DNA of 64,000 bases, from positions 249,598 to 313,597 of the IMG/VR virus record IMGVR_UViG_3300037054_000148. One strand, 5' to 3'. The notes under the pieces are model-generated. The model searched no databases. It saw nothing but the letters and a program-made list of their open reading frames with translations, and had not been told where the DNA came from. Made by a program: the position numbers and the translations under genes. Shown piece by piece: positions 8,955 to 16,464 of this stretch. Position 1 is the stretch's first letter, and each line of letters starts with the position of its first letter.

Positions 8955-9957
8955 ACTAGTTGGTGCCGCTATTTTTCCAACTGGCATTGGACTGTCCATT
9001 GGAGGAGATGCTTCGGCTGGTGCAGTTATCCCATTACTTGCTTCTTGTTCGAAAAAGTTAATAGTCAATCCAAATGGAGTGAATGCGAGTGACTTAGTAG
9101 CCTGGGCTGACAACGTTCTCTATGTGGAAGGATCTACGATTGATCGCTTCCTTGAGGGCTCTATTAACCTTAAAGAATGCAGAACTTACAATAAGATTCT
9201 CTGTGTGGTAAATAAGCCGATGTCCATCGCATCTCAAAATGCTGTCAATGCGGCTCGTTGGACGTTGGGTGCGGATATCGAATTGCTGGAGCTTGACACT
9301 CCACTGCGGATGACAGCATTTATCAATCCAGACGGAACGGCTGGGGGTAAACTCTCTGGCCATCACGAGTTAGTTAAGCAGATTAAGGATGCAAATATTG
9401 ATTATGATATCCTTACGGTGCATACTCCAATTGACTGTCCGGATGAAATCGCCAATGCTTACTGGCGACAAGAGATTCTGGTCAATCCCTGGGGTCGAGT
9501 CGAAGCCTTATTAAGTAAATTTCTTTCCTTCGCACTAGACAAACAGGCTGTCCACTCTCCAGTGGAGTTCTTGGCTGACCCACTCTTTAACAGAATTGCG
9601 GTGAAACCGTCCGAGGCCGCTGAAGTAATTTCGAATACGTTTGCTTGGTGTATGTTCAAGGGAACCCACCGAGCCCCGATGATAGACCCGGATCGTAATC
9701 CTCGTAACCTATCCAATCAGGACATGGATTTTCTCATTTCTCCCTCAGACTGTTGGGGCCGACCCCATGATGCCTGCCTTCAGAACCACATTCCCATTCT
9801 AATCGTCAAAGAAAACACCACATGTTTCAAAGATTTCAAGTATCCGATGGTGGCTCTTGAAAGTTCCAGGGTAATCTTTGTTGAAAATTACCTTGAAGCG
9901 GCTGGGATGCTGATGGCTTGGAACGCTGGAATCGACCCACGGATCATCAGGGCTTGA
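8947..9957 (+). CDS. DUF3326-family protein
   Basis: PTGIGLSIGG, NPNGVNASD, YVEGSTIDRF, NPWGRVEALLS, AAE, VENYLEAAG motifs. Confidence 0.75.
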   Translation: MNKLVGAAIFPTGIGLSIGGDASAGAVIPLLASCSKKLIVNPNGVNASDLVAWADNVLYVEGSTIDRFLEGSINLKECRTYNKILCVVNKPMSIASQNAVNAARWTLGADIELLELDTPLRMTAFINPDGTAGGKLSGHHELVKQIKDANIDYDILTVHTPIDCPDEIANAYWRQEILVNPWGRVEALLSKFLSFALDKQAVHSPVEFLADPLFNRIAVKPSEAAEVISNTFAWCMFKGTHRAPMIDPDRNPRNLSNQDMDFLISPSDCWGRPHDACLQNHIPILIVKENTTCFKDFKYPMVALESSRVIFVENYLEAAGMLMAWNAGIDPRIIRA

Positions 9958-9966
9958 AACTACCTG

Positions 9967-9995
9967 TAGACAAAGCTCCCTGATCTGGGTATTAT
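9967..9995 (+). promoter_or_regulatory. Sigma70-type promoter
   Basis: TAGACA-N17-TATTAT followed by GGAGG RBS. Confidence 0.65.
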
Positions 9996-10000
9996 AAATC

Positions 10001-10195
10001 ATGGAGGGACCGATGCGTTTCAAAGCTGAGATGGACACCACCACCAACCGCATGGTGTATCGTCGGGCACGGAAGCATGAATTGGAGAACAGGGGCTTGA
10101 TCCACTGCTCTTATTGCCGCTACCACAAGGGCGAGAACTCTGGCCCCTACAAGAAGCATGTCGCCAAGCCGAAGGGTCGTGACCATCGTGATTAA
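10001..10195 (+). CDS. Small basic CxxC protein
   Basis: CSYC..H..EN; likely start ATG 10013. Confidence 0.6.
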   Translation: MEGPMRFKAEMDTTTNRMVYRRARKHELENRGLIHCSYCRYHKGENSGPYKKHVAKPKGRDHRD

Positions 10196-10370
10196 GAATC
10201 GTCCCATCAAACACGCTGTAGTTCATGGTATGATTAGCCAGAATCCCGATTATAGTCCAGCGTTCATGAACGGGGTAGCGGCTGGAATCTTGACCTACCA
10301 TCGAGAAGTGATCAAGCCTCTGGAAGAGCGCATCAAAGAGTTGGAGAGGCGGCTCAATGATAAGGACTAA
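10158..10370 (+). CDS. Small hypothetical protein with C-terminal coiled coil
   Basis: Fills gap; LEERIKELERRL. Confidence 0.5.
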   Translation: MSPSRRVVTIVIKNRPIKHAVVHGMISQNPDYSPAFMNGVAAGILTYHREVIKPLEERIKELERRLNDKD

Positions 10371-10620
10371 GACCTACCATTCCCCTCGTGGAGAGGAGGT
10401 CACTCGAACCGACTATACAGAAGAGGGGCGGCTCCACCGTGAGGATGGCCCTGCCATTATCTGTTCAGATGGTTTGGTCGCTTGGTACCGGGAGGGGCGG
10501 CTCCACCGTGAGGATGGCCCTGCCATCTGTTGTGAGGGCTACCAGGGCTGGTTCCTGAATGGCATCTGCCAACGAGCAGAATTTGCTTCAGGAACAATTT
10601 TCTCTATACAAAAAGACTGA
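10357..10620 (+). CDS. LHREDGPA-repeat protein
   Basis: Two EGRLHREDGPAI repeats encoded by an exact 35-bp direct repeat (10423-10457, 10492-10526). Confidence 0.75.
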   Translation: MIRTKTYHSPRGEEVTRTDYTEEGRLHREDGPAIICSDGLVAWYREGRLHREDGPAICCEGYQGWFLNGICQRAEFASGTIFSIQKD

Positions 10621-10634
10621 ATATCGGGTATACT
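10605..10634 (+). promoter_or_regulatory. Sigma70-type promoter
   Basis: TATACA-N18-TATACT; same elements at 63524-63553 on the minus strand. Confidence 0.55.
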
Positions 10635-10649
10635 AGTGTAGGGGGATTT

Positions 10650-10826
10650 ATGAAGCTCACTGCGTCCGAACTCAAAACTGCCTTCGCCAAGATGAGCCGT
10701 GTCGATCTCCAGGACGAAATTACCCATCTGGAACACATGAAGGCTGATACGCTCAGCAGGGTGGCTGGTGCGGATGTTTCCGAACTGGACTGCTGCATCA
10801 ATCTCCGCAAGGAGGCTCTGAAGTAA
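10650..10826 (+). CDS. 58-aa protein, candidate antitoxin (not in ORF track)
   Basis: MKLTASELKTAFAKMSRVDLQ...KEALK; own promoter; TAATG-coupled to RelE-like gene. Confidence 0.6.
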   Translation: MKLTASELKTAFAKMSRVDLQDEITHLEHMKADTLSRVAGADVSELDCCINLRKEALK

Positions 10827-11161
10827 TGGAATACGAGGTCGGAGATCGCATCATCAAAGAGTTGAAGAAAAATCCGGCCCTCCGGAAGCCCTTCGAAGCA
10901 GTATGTGAAAAAATCAAAACCATGACGGAGGAACAGATTCGAGTCTCACCAGGACTCGATCCCCATCCGATTGATGTAAAACCCCCCTATTGGTCTCTCA
11001 AGATGAGCCGAGGGCAACGAGTAGTATTCGCCTTCACCGGGGGGAAAGTTTACCTTTACGACATCCCTGAATCTCACGAGAAAGCCTACCGTCAGGGCAG
11101 TGAAGCCGCTCAATTGACTGAAATGGTTCTGGCCGAACTGGAGCGCCAGTCGGTAACCTAA
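10826..11161 (+). CDS. RelE/ParE-superfamily toxin-like protein
   Basis: Size and pattern PGL..HPI....YWSLKMS.GQRVVF......LYDI..SHEKAY fit a RelE/HigB-type fold. Confidence 0.55.
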   Translation: MEYEVGDRIIKELKKNPALRKPFEAVCEKIKTMTEEQIRVSPGLDPHPIDVKPPYWSLKMSRGQRVVFAFTGGKVYLYDIPESHEKAYRQGSEAAQLTEMVLAELERQSVT

Positions 11162-11198
11162 ATCCCCACAATCAAACAACTTGCTTAAAGGAGAAGAA

Positions 11199-11579
11199 AT
11201 GCATCAGCCGAATCTGTTTGCCTGCATCTGTGACGCGACCGAAGAGGTTCCGGTCGGCACTGAGGGATCCCAGAATGTGGAGTTCTTCGGAGTCCGCACC
11301 GACCGAACCAAGGTCACTGCCGAAGAGGTGCGTGGCCTGATCCAGAACCACATCGGTGAGTTCGATCAGTGCAACCCCTTCGACGGAGAGGAGCACTCCT
11401 ACATCGAACTCGGGGGTTTCGTGGGCGACCAGGAAGGTGCGCTGCGCCTCATGGCCATGGGGGCTGAACTGGGTCTCTGGACCCTTCTGACCCCCACCAG
11501 CCTCATGCCGTTCCTGCCGGAAGAGCTTCGTATGCAGATGGCCGGTGCCGGTTTCGTCTGCATCAAGGCGGGGGTCTGA
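11199..11579 (+). CDS. Hypothetical protein
   Basis: AAGGAG RBS; strong GC3 bias. Confidence 0.7.
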   Translation: MHQPNLFACICDATEEVPVGTEGSQNVEFFGVRTDRTKVTAEEVRGLIQNHIGEFDQCNPFDGEEHSYIELGGFVGDQEGALRLMAMGAELGLWTLLTPTSLMPFLPEELRMQMAGAGFVCIKAGV

Positions 11580-11580
11580 G

Positions 11581-11751
11581 ATGTGGAAAGGTCTGCAACA
11601 GTTCGTCTTCACCCCCTTCGCCAGCGTCTACACGATCCTTGTGGCGAGTGTGGTCCTCTGTGCTCTTCATGACCACTGCTATCTTGCGGCTGCACTGATC
11701 CTGGTTGTCGGAGGGGTCGTTGGAGCCCTCCTTGAGCCCAAGCATGAATAA
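11581..11751 (+). CDS. Small membrane protein
   Basis: Two hydrophobic segments. Confidence 0.55.
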   Translation: MWKGLQQFVFTPFASVYTILVASVVLCALHDHCYLAAALILVVGGVVGALLEPKHE

Positions 11752-11932
11752 TTTGGATCTCATCGCTAGGCTCAGGGCCGAGCTAAGCTGGGCCGTTGCT
11801 CGTAAGGCTGACAATCCAGCCGTGCAGGCCATGCTAGAAATGCGGAAGGCTGAGGATCCCACTTTCGTCAACCCTCTCGTTACCGATCAGAACATCAGGG
11901 AACTTCTTTTCGATCTAAGGAGCGTCAGATGA
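11744..11932 (+). CDS. Small hypothetical protein
   Basis: Overlap-coupled ORF. Confidence 0.5.
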   Translation: MNNLDLIARLRAELSWAVARKADNPAVQAMLEMRKAEDPTFVNPLVTDQNIRELLFDLRSVR

Positions 11933-12348
11933 TCAACCTTGCAAGGCATTTTGACCGTGAACACCCCGTGGCTGACCCAGAGGTTCAGGAGACCGTCAGG
12001 GCTGAACTGACGGAGGCGGGAGTCAAGATAGAGGAGCACGAGTTCCTGCTCGATAGTTGCGGGGAAGTCCCCACCTCTATTATGGGAGTGGCGTGTCACT
12101 GGAGTTTCAGACGGGCGTGGTACTACTGGGTCGCCAAGGGGCCTGGAATCCCCGTGGAGTGGGCCGAGGATTTCAACAAGCGATGGGGGAAGGAAGTAAG
12201 GGCAGAGGGAGATTGTGGATGCCGTGGGCCACTGTTCTGGAACGAGGGCTTTGGGACGGGAAATTACCACATCGATTCCCAAGCCGGTCTGAGTGCTTTT
12301 GTAGAACTTTTGAAGCTGATTCACGTTCCCAGGAAAAAAGAAGACTGA
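11929..12348 (+). CDS. Hypothetical protein
   Basis: AAGGAG RBS; WSFRRAWYYWVAKG, YHIDSQAGL motifs. Confidence 0.7.
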   Translation: MINLARHFDREHPVADPEVQETVRAELTEAGVKIEEHEFLLDSCGEVPTSIMGVACHWSFRRAWYYWVAKGPGIPVEWAEDFNKRWGKEVRAEGDCGCRGPLFWNEGFGTGNYHIDSQAGLSAFVELLKLIHVPRKKED

Positions 12349-12385
12349 GGATTCGAAATATCGAGTATCATCTATACAGAGCACT

Positions 12386-12460
12386 GCGGGTATGATGTAA
12401 TGGTCAGCCTGAAACCTTGCCATGGTTTACGAAGGAGTTCGATTCTCCTTACCCGCTCCA
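12386..12460 (+). tRNA. tRNA-Gly(GCC)
   Basis: Cloverleaf: GCGGGTA/TACCCGC acceptor, AAACC-TTGCCAT-GGTTT anticodon arm, TTCGATT T-loop, U73, encoded CCA. Confidence 0.93.
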
Positions 12461-12479
12461 GTTCCAGATCTTTCTCATT

Positions 12480-12595
12480 TAGACTCTAACAGCACCACCT
12501 ATCTCAAACTGCGATTTGTGGGTTCGATTCCCACCTCTGCGCCTTGCGCGGAGTGGCCAAACTGGAAAAGGCAGCAGTCCCGAAATACGAGTCTA
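12480..12595 (+). ncRNA. Circularly permuted tRNA-like RNA (YrlA-type Y RNA or permuted tRNA)
   Basis: Order: ACTGC(12508)-GATTT-T arm GTGGG/TTCGATT/CCCAC-CTCTGCGC-loop CTT-GCGCGGAG-TG-D arm GCC/AAACTGGAAAA/GGC-A-GCAGT(12578); flanks TAGACTC/GAGTCTA pair. Confidence 0.8.
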
Positions 12596-12604
12596 GTTTT
12601 ATAT

Positions 12605-12680
12605 ATCCGGATGCCTGGAGTGGTATCAGGTCTCTGTCACATGGAGAAACACGTGGGTTCAAATCCCACTCCGGATACCA
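12605..12680 (+). tRNA. tRNA-Val(CAC), atypical
   Basis: ATCCGGA/TCCGGAT acceptor, CCTG/CAGG D-stem, TCTCT-GTCACAT-GGAGA anticodon arm, A73, CCA; no nucleotide 26. Confidence 0.7.
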
Positions 12681-12681
12681 T

Positions 12682-12757
12682 GCACCCGTAACTCAGCGGA
12701 CAGAGTGGTTGGCTTCGAACCAACTGGTCGGGGGTTCGATCCCCTCCGGGTGTACCA
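12682..12757 (+). tRNA. tRNA-Arg(TCG)
   Basis: GCACCCG/CGGGTGT, GTTGG-CTTCGAA-CCAAC, TTCGATC, CCA. Confidence 0.93.
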
Positions 12758-12760
12758 AAT

Positions 12761-12835
12761 GCCCAAGTAGTGATAACGGTAGCACGAAGGTTTCGTACTC
12801 CTTCAGAGACGGTTCGATTCCGTTCTTGGGCTCCA
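12761..12835 (+). tRNA. tRNA-Thr(CGT)
   Basis: GCCCAAG/CTTGGGC, AAGGT-TTCGTAC-TCCTT with U31.U39 mismatch, TTCGATT, CCA. Confidence 0.85.
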
Positions 12836-12851
12836 TTTAAAGGATCAACGC

Positions 12852-13106
12852 ATGAGTCAAGAGGATAAGCATCAGCACATCATCCAGCGTCTCACCTGTC
12901 TTAAGGACTCTTCATTGATCCAGACGGGAATGACGCTGGATTTGTATCAGCGAGAGGGGACGGATCGAAGTGTCTTCTTTGTCAAGATCCCGGCTCTGGC
13001 TGATCAACTTTTCGAGGTGTTCGACAACCATCATGGTTTTTCCTTTGAAGAATGTCGAGCATACATTCGAATTGTGCTAGGTATTAAGGAGCAGCCCTTT
13101 GACTAA
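12852..13106 (+). CDS. Hypothetical protein
   Basis: AAGGA RBS. Confidence 0.6.
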   Translation: MSQEDKHQHIIQRLTCLKDSSLIQTGMTLDLYQREGTDRSVFFVKIPALADQLFEVFDNHHGFSFEECRAYIRIVLGIKEQPFD

Positions 13107-13494
13107 ACAAATGATTGTAATGCGAAAAGATCTCAATATGCGTAAGGGCAAGATGGTGGCTCAGGGGGCTCATGCCTCTGTGGCTGTTTTGCTAAACGCC
13201 GGAGAGTTCGGTGGCGATGGTCCCGTTGATTTTACCCTTCATTTCGAAACTGAAGATGATCCACTTTACTGTTGGATAAGGGGGTTATTCACCAAAATTT
13301 GTGTTTCCGTAGACTCCGAGGAAGAGCTTATGGAAGTATACGGCAAAGCTAAAGAAGCAGGCTTGCTCTGCACTCTCATAACCGACTGTGGTCTGACCGA
13401 GTTCAACGGAGTGCCAACCAAAACTTGCTGTGCGATAGGACCGGCCACTGATGAACAACTTCAGCCAATCACCGGACACCTCAAACTTCTGTAA
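13099..13494 (+). CDS. pth2: Peptidyl-tRNA hydrolase, Pth2 family
   Basis: KQMIVMRKDLNMRKGKMVAQGAHA, KICV.V, ITDCGLTEF, TCCAIGP, ITGHLKLL; AAGGAG RBS with TTG start. Confidence 0.93.
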   Translation: MTKQMIVMRKDLNMRKGKMVAQGAHASVAVLLNAGEFGGDGPVDFTLHFETEDDPLYCWIRGLFTKICVSVDSEEELMEVYGKAKEAGLLCTLITDCGLTEFNGVPTKTCCAIGPATDEQLQPITGHLKLL

Positions 13495-13530
13495 TAAATG
13501 ACTATCTGATTCCTCTTCAGAGGAACCACG

Positions 13531-13794
13531 ATGTCCACACAAGCCTATATCTTCAATGAGTATATCTACGTTGGTGGTGAGCAGGCAGATAACAGCCAGC
13601 CTGCCGCCATTTTTATGTCTACTGGGGACTATGGGAGCTACGACAACTCTTCTCTCAAGTTTTCCCTCTACCCGTCCGCTGGGGCCTATGGGGTCATCCT
13701 GTACGTGCCGTTGCCGGTTGTCGCCTCCATGGTCAGCACTGGAGTCATCGGCACCACTGCGGGGCTCACAGGCAGCCTACCGACCCCTCATTAA
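13531..13794 (+). CDS. Small putative virion protein
   Basis: S/T/G/Y-rich like the tail proteins; late-type promoter motif and RBS hairpin upstream. Confidence 0.6.
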   Translation: MSTQAYIFNEYIYVGGEQADNSQPAAIFMSTGDYGSYDNSSLKFSLYPSAGAYGVILYVPLPVVASMVSTGVIGTTAGLTGSLPTPH

Positions 13795-13805
13795 GGCTAG
13801 TTCAG

Positions 13806-14405
13806 ATGAAACGGATCAGAGCACACTTCTCAGCTAGGCTCCTGGCTGCCCCAATTGAAGGGGATTTGCCAATTGAGGATGAAGAGGATAAGCAGGAGTT
13901 CAGTGGCAAGGATACGAGCCTAACTCCGGCTCAAATGAAGAATAGTGTTCCGGCTTTATTCAACAAAATCCCTTGGCAATCTAGGATCCGAGTGTTTGAC
14001 ATCGGAGCAGGTAAACCATTGATGGCTGACGCACTTAAGCAGTGGTTCGAACTCAAGGACATCACCTACCTCCCCTATGACAAGTTCAATGGTGAGTCGT
14101 ACAACTTTGAAACTGTAAATCAGATTCGAAGGGGTAAGGCAGATGTGGCGACTGCTTCTAATCTACTCAATGTCATTGCTGAACCCAAGAGCCGTTTAAC
14201 TGTCTACAAACAGATGTATAATGCACTTAAGGCTGGTGGAAAATTCTACATCTCTGTCTACTATGATCCAAATAGACGTCCAGGGCAATCCGGCAAGGAC
14301 AAATGGCAGAACCACATTCCCGCCAAAGCGTATCTCGAAGAGGTTCAGACCGTCTTCCCTGATGCTAGAATCCAGAACGGCCTGATCACCGGGACCAAGA
14401 TCTGA
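13806..14405 (+). CDS. Class I SAM-dependent methyltransferase
   Basis: VFDIGAGK motif I, YDKFN, ADVATASNLLNVI, LKAGGKFYI. Confidence 0.75.
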   Translation: MKRIRAHFSARLLAAPIEGDLPIEDEEDKQEFSGKDTSLTPAQMKNSVPALFNKIPWQSRIRVFDIGAGKPLMADALKQWFELKDITYLPYDKFNGESYNFETVNQIRRGKADVATASNLLNVIAEPKSRLTVYKQMYNALKAGGKFYISVYYDPNRRPGQSGKDKWQNHIPAKAYLEEVQTVFPDARIQNGLITGTKI

Positions 14406-14437
14406 GTAATAATCCTTGAGGGGTCTCAGGGAGCAAC

Positions 14438-14821
14438 ATGGTATCAGAGAAGTATATAAGTATCCAGGAGGCCAAATACCTTCTGGCTAAACATGTTCCT
14501 ACGGTGATGGGAGCGTTGATGCTTGAGCGGTTCGAACTGCACCCGCAGAGCCTATATGGAATGGCGGAAATGGTGATCAGCTACTACTCAATCCTGACCC
14601 ACAAGCTCTACGGATTCAGCCAGCCGGTAGAATATGAGATGATCAAAAACAGACCGGATCTGGTGAAATACTACCTGGACCGAGTGTTTGAACACATCTT
14701 CCACGATCTATATCAGAAGGAGATGGAGGACCAGGAAGATCTCCTTCTAAAACGAGTGGAGAACGAGGTTGCGAGGGAACTTGAGGAGAGGATGGGGGCA
14801 CCGCTTGAATCTGGACAGTGA
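14438..14821 (+). CDS. Hypothetical protein
   Basis: GGGAG RBS after GAGTAATAA motif. Confidence 0.6.
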   Translation: MVSEKYISIQEAKYLLAKHVPTVMGALMLERFELHPQSLYGMAEMVISYYSILTHKLYGFSQPVEYEMIKNRPDLVKYYLDRVFEHIFHDLYQKEMEDQEDLLLKRVENEVARELEERMGAPLESGQ

Positions 14822-15113
14822 CTTCGACGTTTTGCATTATGAGATTGATCTTGGCTACGGCCCCGTGAATTGGGCTGATAAGAATGCCATCATTGAGGTG
14901 CATAAGTGCCAGAACGGCTATCTAAAGCACCTCCCGTCCTTGCTTTGCAGTCTGTGCTCTCATGCCGTAACATTTCGAGTCACGATCCATGAATATGAAG
15001 CGAGGAATGAAGCAATCTGTAAATGGAGGAGATCAGAGAACATGCTATCTAAGTTCTCCTTCTCTGAGGACGAGCGCAATTTTGAAAGTCAAATGGACCT
15101 GGGTAGAAGTTAA
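14769..15113 (+). CDS. Hypothetical protein (start uncertain)
   Basis: Fills gap; CxxC. Confidence 0.45.
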   Translation: MRGNLRRGWGHRLNLDSDFDVLHYEIDLGYGPVNWADKNAIIEVHKCQNGYLKHLPSLLCSLCSHAVTFRVTIHEYEARNEAICKWRRSENMLSKFSFSEDERNFESQMDLGRS

Positions 15114-15128
15114 TCTAAAGGAGCAAGA

Positions 15129-15425
15129 ATGTTACAAGACCCAAAGGAGCGGCTAGTCCAGCTTTTCATGAAACCCGTCTCTCGTGAGAAGGCTGAAGCA
15201 CTTGCCCAGGCTCTGCTCGTAGACGTTGCAGAGCTTAAATTAGACGGTCTAGAATCTATGGAGCGAGTCGAACGGGCCTATGAGGCGGGGTTCTACGATG
15301 GCAGGCATGGGACTCCGTGTGAGCAGATTGAGGCTCAAAATGAGGCAGAGAACGCTAAGTTTGAGTTGAACTACCTGAAGGTTGCCCTAGAAAAAAGAGG
15401 GATTCCTCTCCCCGAATCCTTCTAG
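15129..15425 (+). CDS. Hypothetical protein
   Basis: AAGGAG RBS. Confidence 0.65.
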   Translation: MLQDPKERLVQLFMKPVSREKAEALAQALLVDVAELKLDGLESMERVERAYEAGFYDGRHGTPCEQIEAQNEAENAKFELNYLKVALEKRGIPLPESF

Positions 15426-15470
15426 CCGGTAGGCTGAAAAATAACTTCGCTTCTCTCTAGTGGAGAAGCC

Positions 15471-16139
15471 ATGAAATCACCCCTTTTTGAAAAGAGTAAA
15501 ACTGCCATTCAAGTCGAATATGAATTTAGCACGACCCAAGCCATCTATGATGGAGCCACTACCAGAGATTTACTAGATTTTATACACAACACAATTCAGG
15601 ATGAAGATGTGTATGTGGATGAAACGGATGGAATCAAAGGCAAGGAACGTAAGCCTCATATTACTCTGCTTTACGGAATCAGAGAACGCAAACCAGATAT
15701 TCCGAAGTTAGAGCAGCTAATTCAGAACCACCCGGCTCTCAATCATGTAAATTGGATTGGGTTGAGTAAATTCGAATCTGTAAAGCATGATGTGTTAGTA
15801 ATCCTAATCGAATCAGAAGAAGCTCAAGAACTTTTCACAGACCTAATGGCTATGTATCCGGATAATGCAAACAGTTTTCCAGATTATCAGCCTCACACCA
15901 CCCTGGCTTACTTGAAGAAGGGAATGGCGGATAAGTATATTGAGAAGTTCTTTGACTCCTTTGTGGACTCTCCGGTTCCGATCAAGCACCTAGAATTTGA
16001 GAATAATGGGGATATTGTGGTCTTCGACCCCAATTCAGCCCAGATGAAAAAGGTCATTACCGCTGCCGAGCTACTCACCAAGAAAAGAGCGGAACTGGAG
16101 CCCAAAACAGCTTACGAACGCTGGGTATCAGGTGATTAA
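15471..16139 (+). CDS. 2H phosphoesterase, T4 gp57B/Acb1-like (candidate anti-CBASS)
   Basis: Two HxT motifs: PHITLLYGI and YQPHTTLAYLKKG. Confidence 0.8.
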   Translation: MKSPLFEKSKTAIQVEYEFSTTQAIYDGATTRDLLDFIHNTIQDEDVYVDETDGIKGKERKPHITLLYGIRERKPDIPKLEQLIQNHPALNHVNWIGLSKFESVKHDVLVILIESEEAQELFTDLMAMYPDNANSFPDYQPHTTLAYLKKGMADKYIEKFFDSFVDSPVPIKHLEFENNGDIVVFDPNSAQMKKVITAAELLTKKRAELEPKTAYERWVSGD

Positions 16140-16140
16140 T

Positions 16141-16166
16141 AAAAAGGCCCCCGAAGGGGCCTTTAC
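16141..16166. terminator. Bidirectional intrinsic terminator
   Basis: AAAAAGGCCCC-CGAA-GGGGCCTTT between convergent genes. Confidence 0.85.
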
Positions 16167-16187
16167 TTTACTTTGCCTAGCAGCCTA

Positions 16188-16409
16188 TTAGGGCTTCACG
16201 ACCTTGGGGACGATGGGCTTGACTTCCTTCTTCTGAGGAGCAGCCTTGACAGCAGCCTTGGGGGCTACCTTCTTTGCCTTCTTGACGGGCTTCTTTGCCT
16301 TGGGGGCTACTTTGACCACTGGGGCCTTGGAGGCGGCGGGAGCAGGGGCCTGCGCGAATGCGATGGATCCGAGGGCGAGAGCTAGAACTACGAGTGAGAG
16401 TCTCTTCAT
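16188..16409 (-). CDS. Secreted Lys/Ala/Pro-rich small protein
   Basis: AAGGAG RBS; signal peptide MKRLSLVVLALALGSIAFA then K/A/P/V low-complexity tail. Confidence 0.75.
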   Translation of the reverse strand: MKRLSLVVLALALGSIAFAQAPAPAASKAPVVKVAPKAKKPVKKAKKVAPKAAVKAAPQKKEVKPIVPKVVKP

Positions 16410-16448
16410 ATTATCTCCTTAAAAGAAATGAAGTTGAGACATAGAATA

Positions 16449-16464
16449 TGCAGGTTCCATGCCA
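16449..16464 (-). promoter_or_regulatory. Putative sigma54 (-24/-12) promoter
   Basis: TGGCAT-GGAAC-CTGCA: GG-N10-GC spacing, 40 bp upstream of ATG 16409. Confidence 0.55.

Noticed and set aside
12480-12595. Two-piece tmRNA, tRNA-Sec or a self-cleaving ribozyme
   Set aside because: It has a true D-stem and no tag ORF or G3.U70 pair; no long variable arm for Sec; I could not fit hammerhead, twister or hairpin cores
12605-12680. Reading this tRNA as Asp(GTC)
   Set aside because: The CTGTCAC register gives no anticodon stem; the CAC register pairs and A73 fits Val
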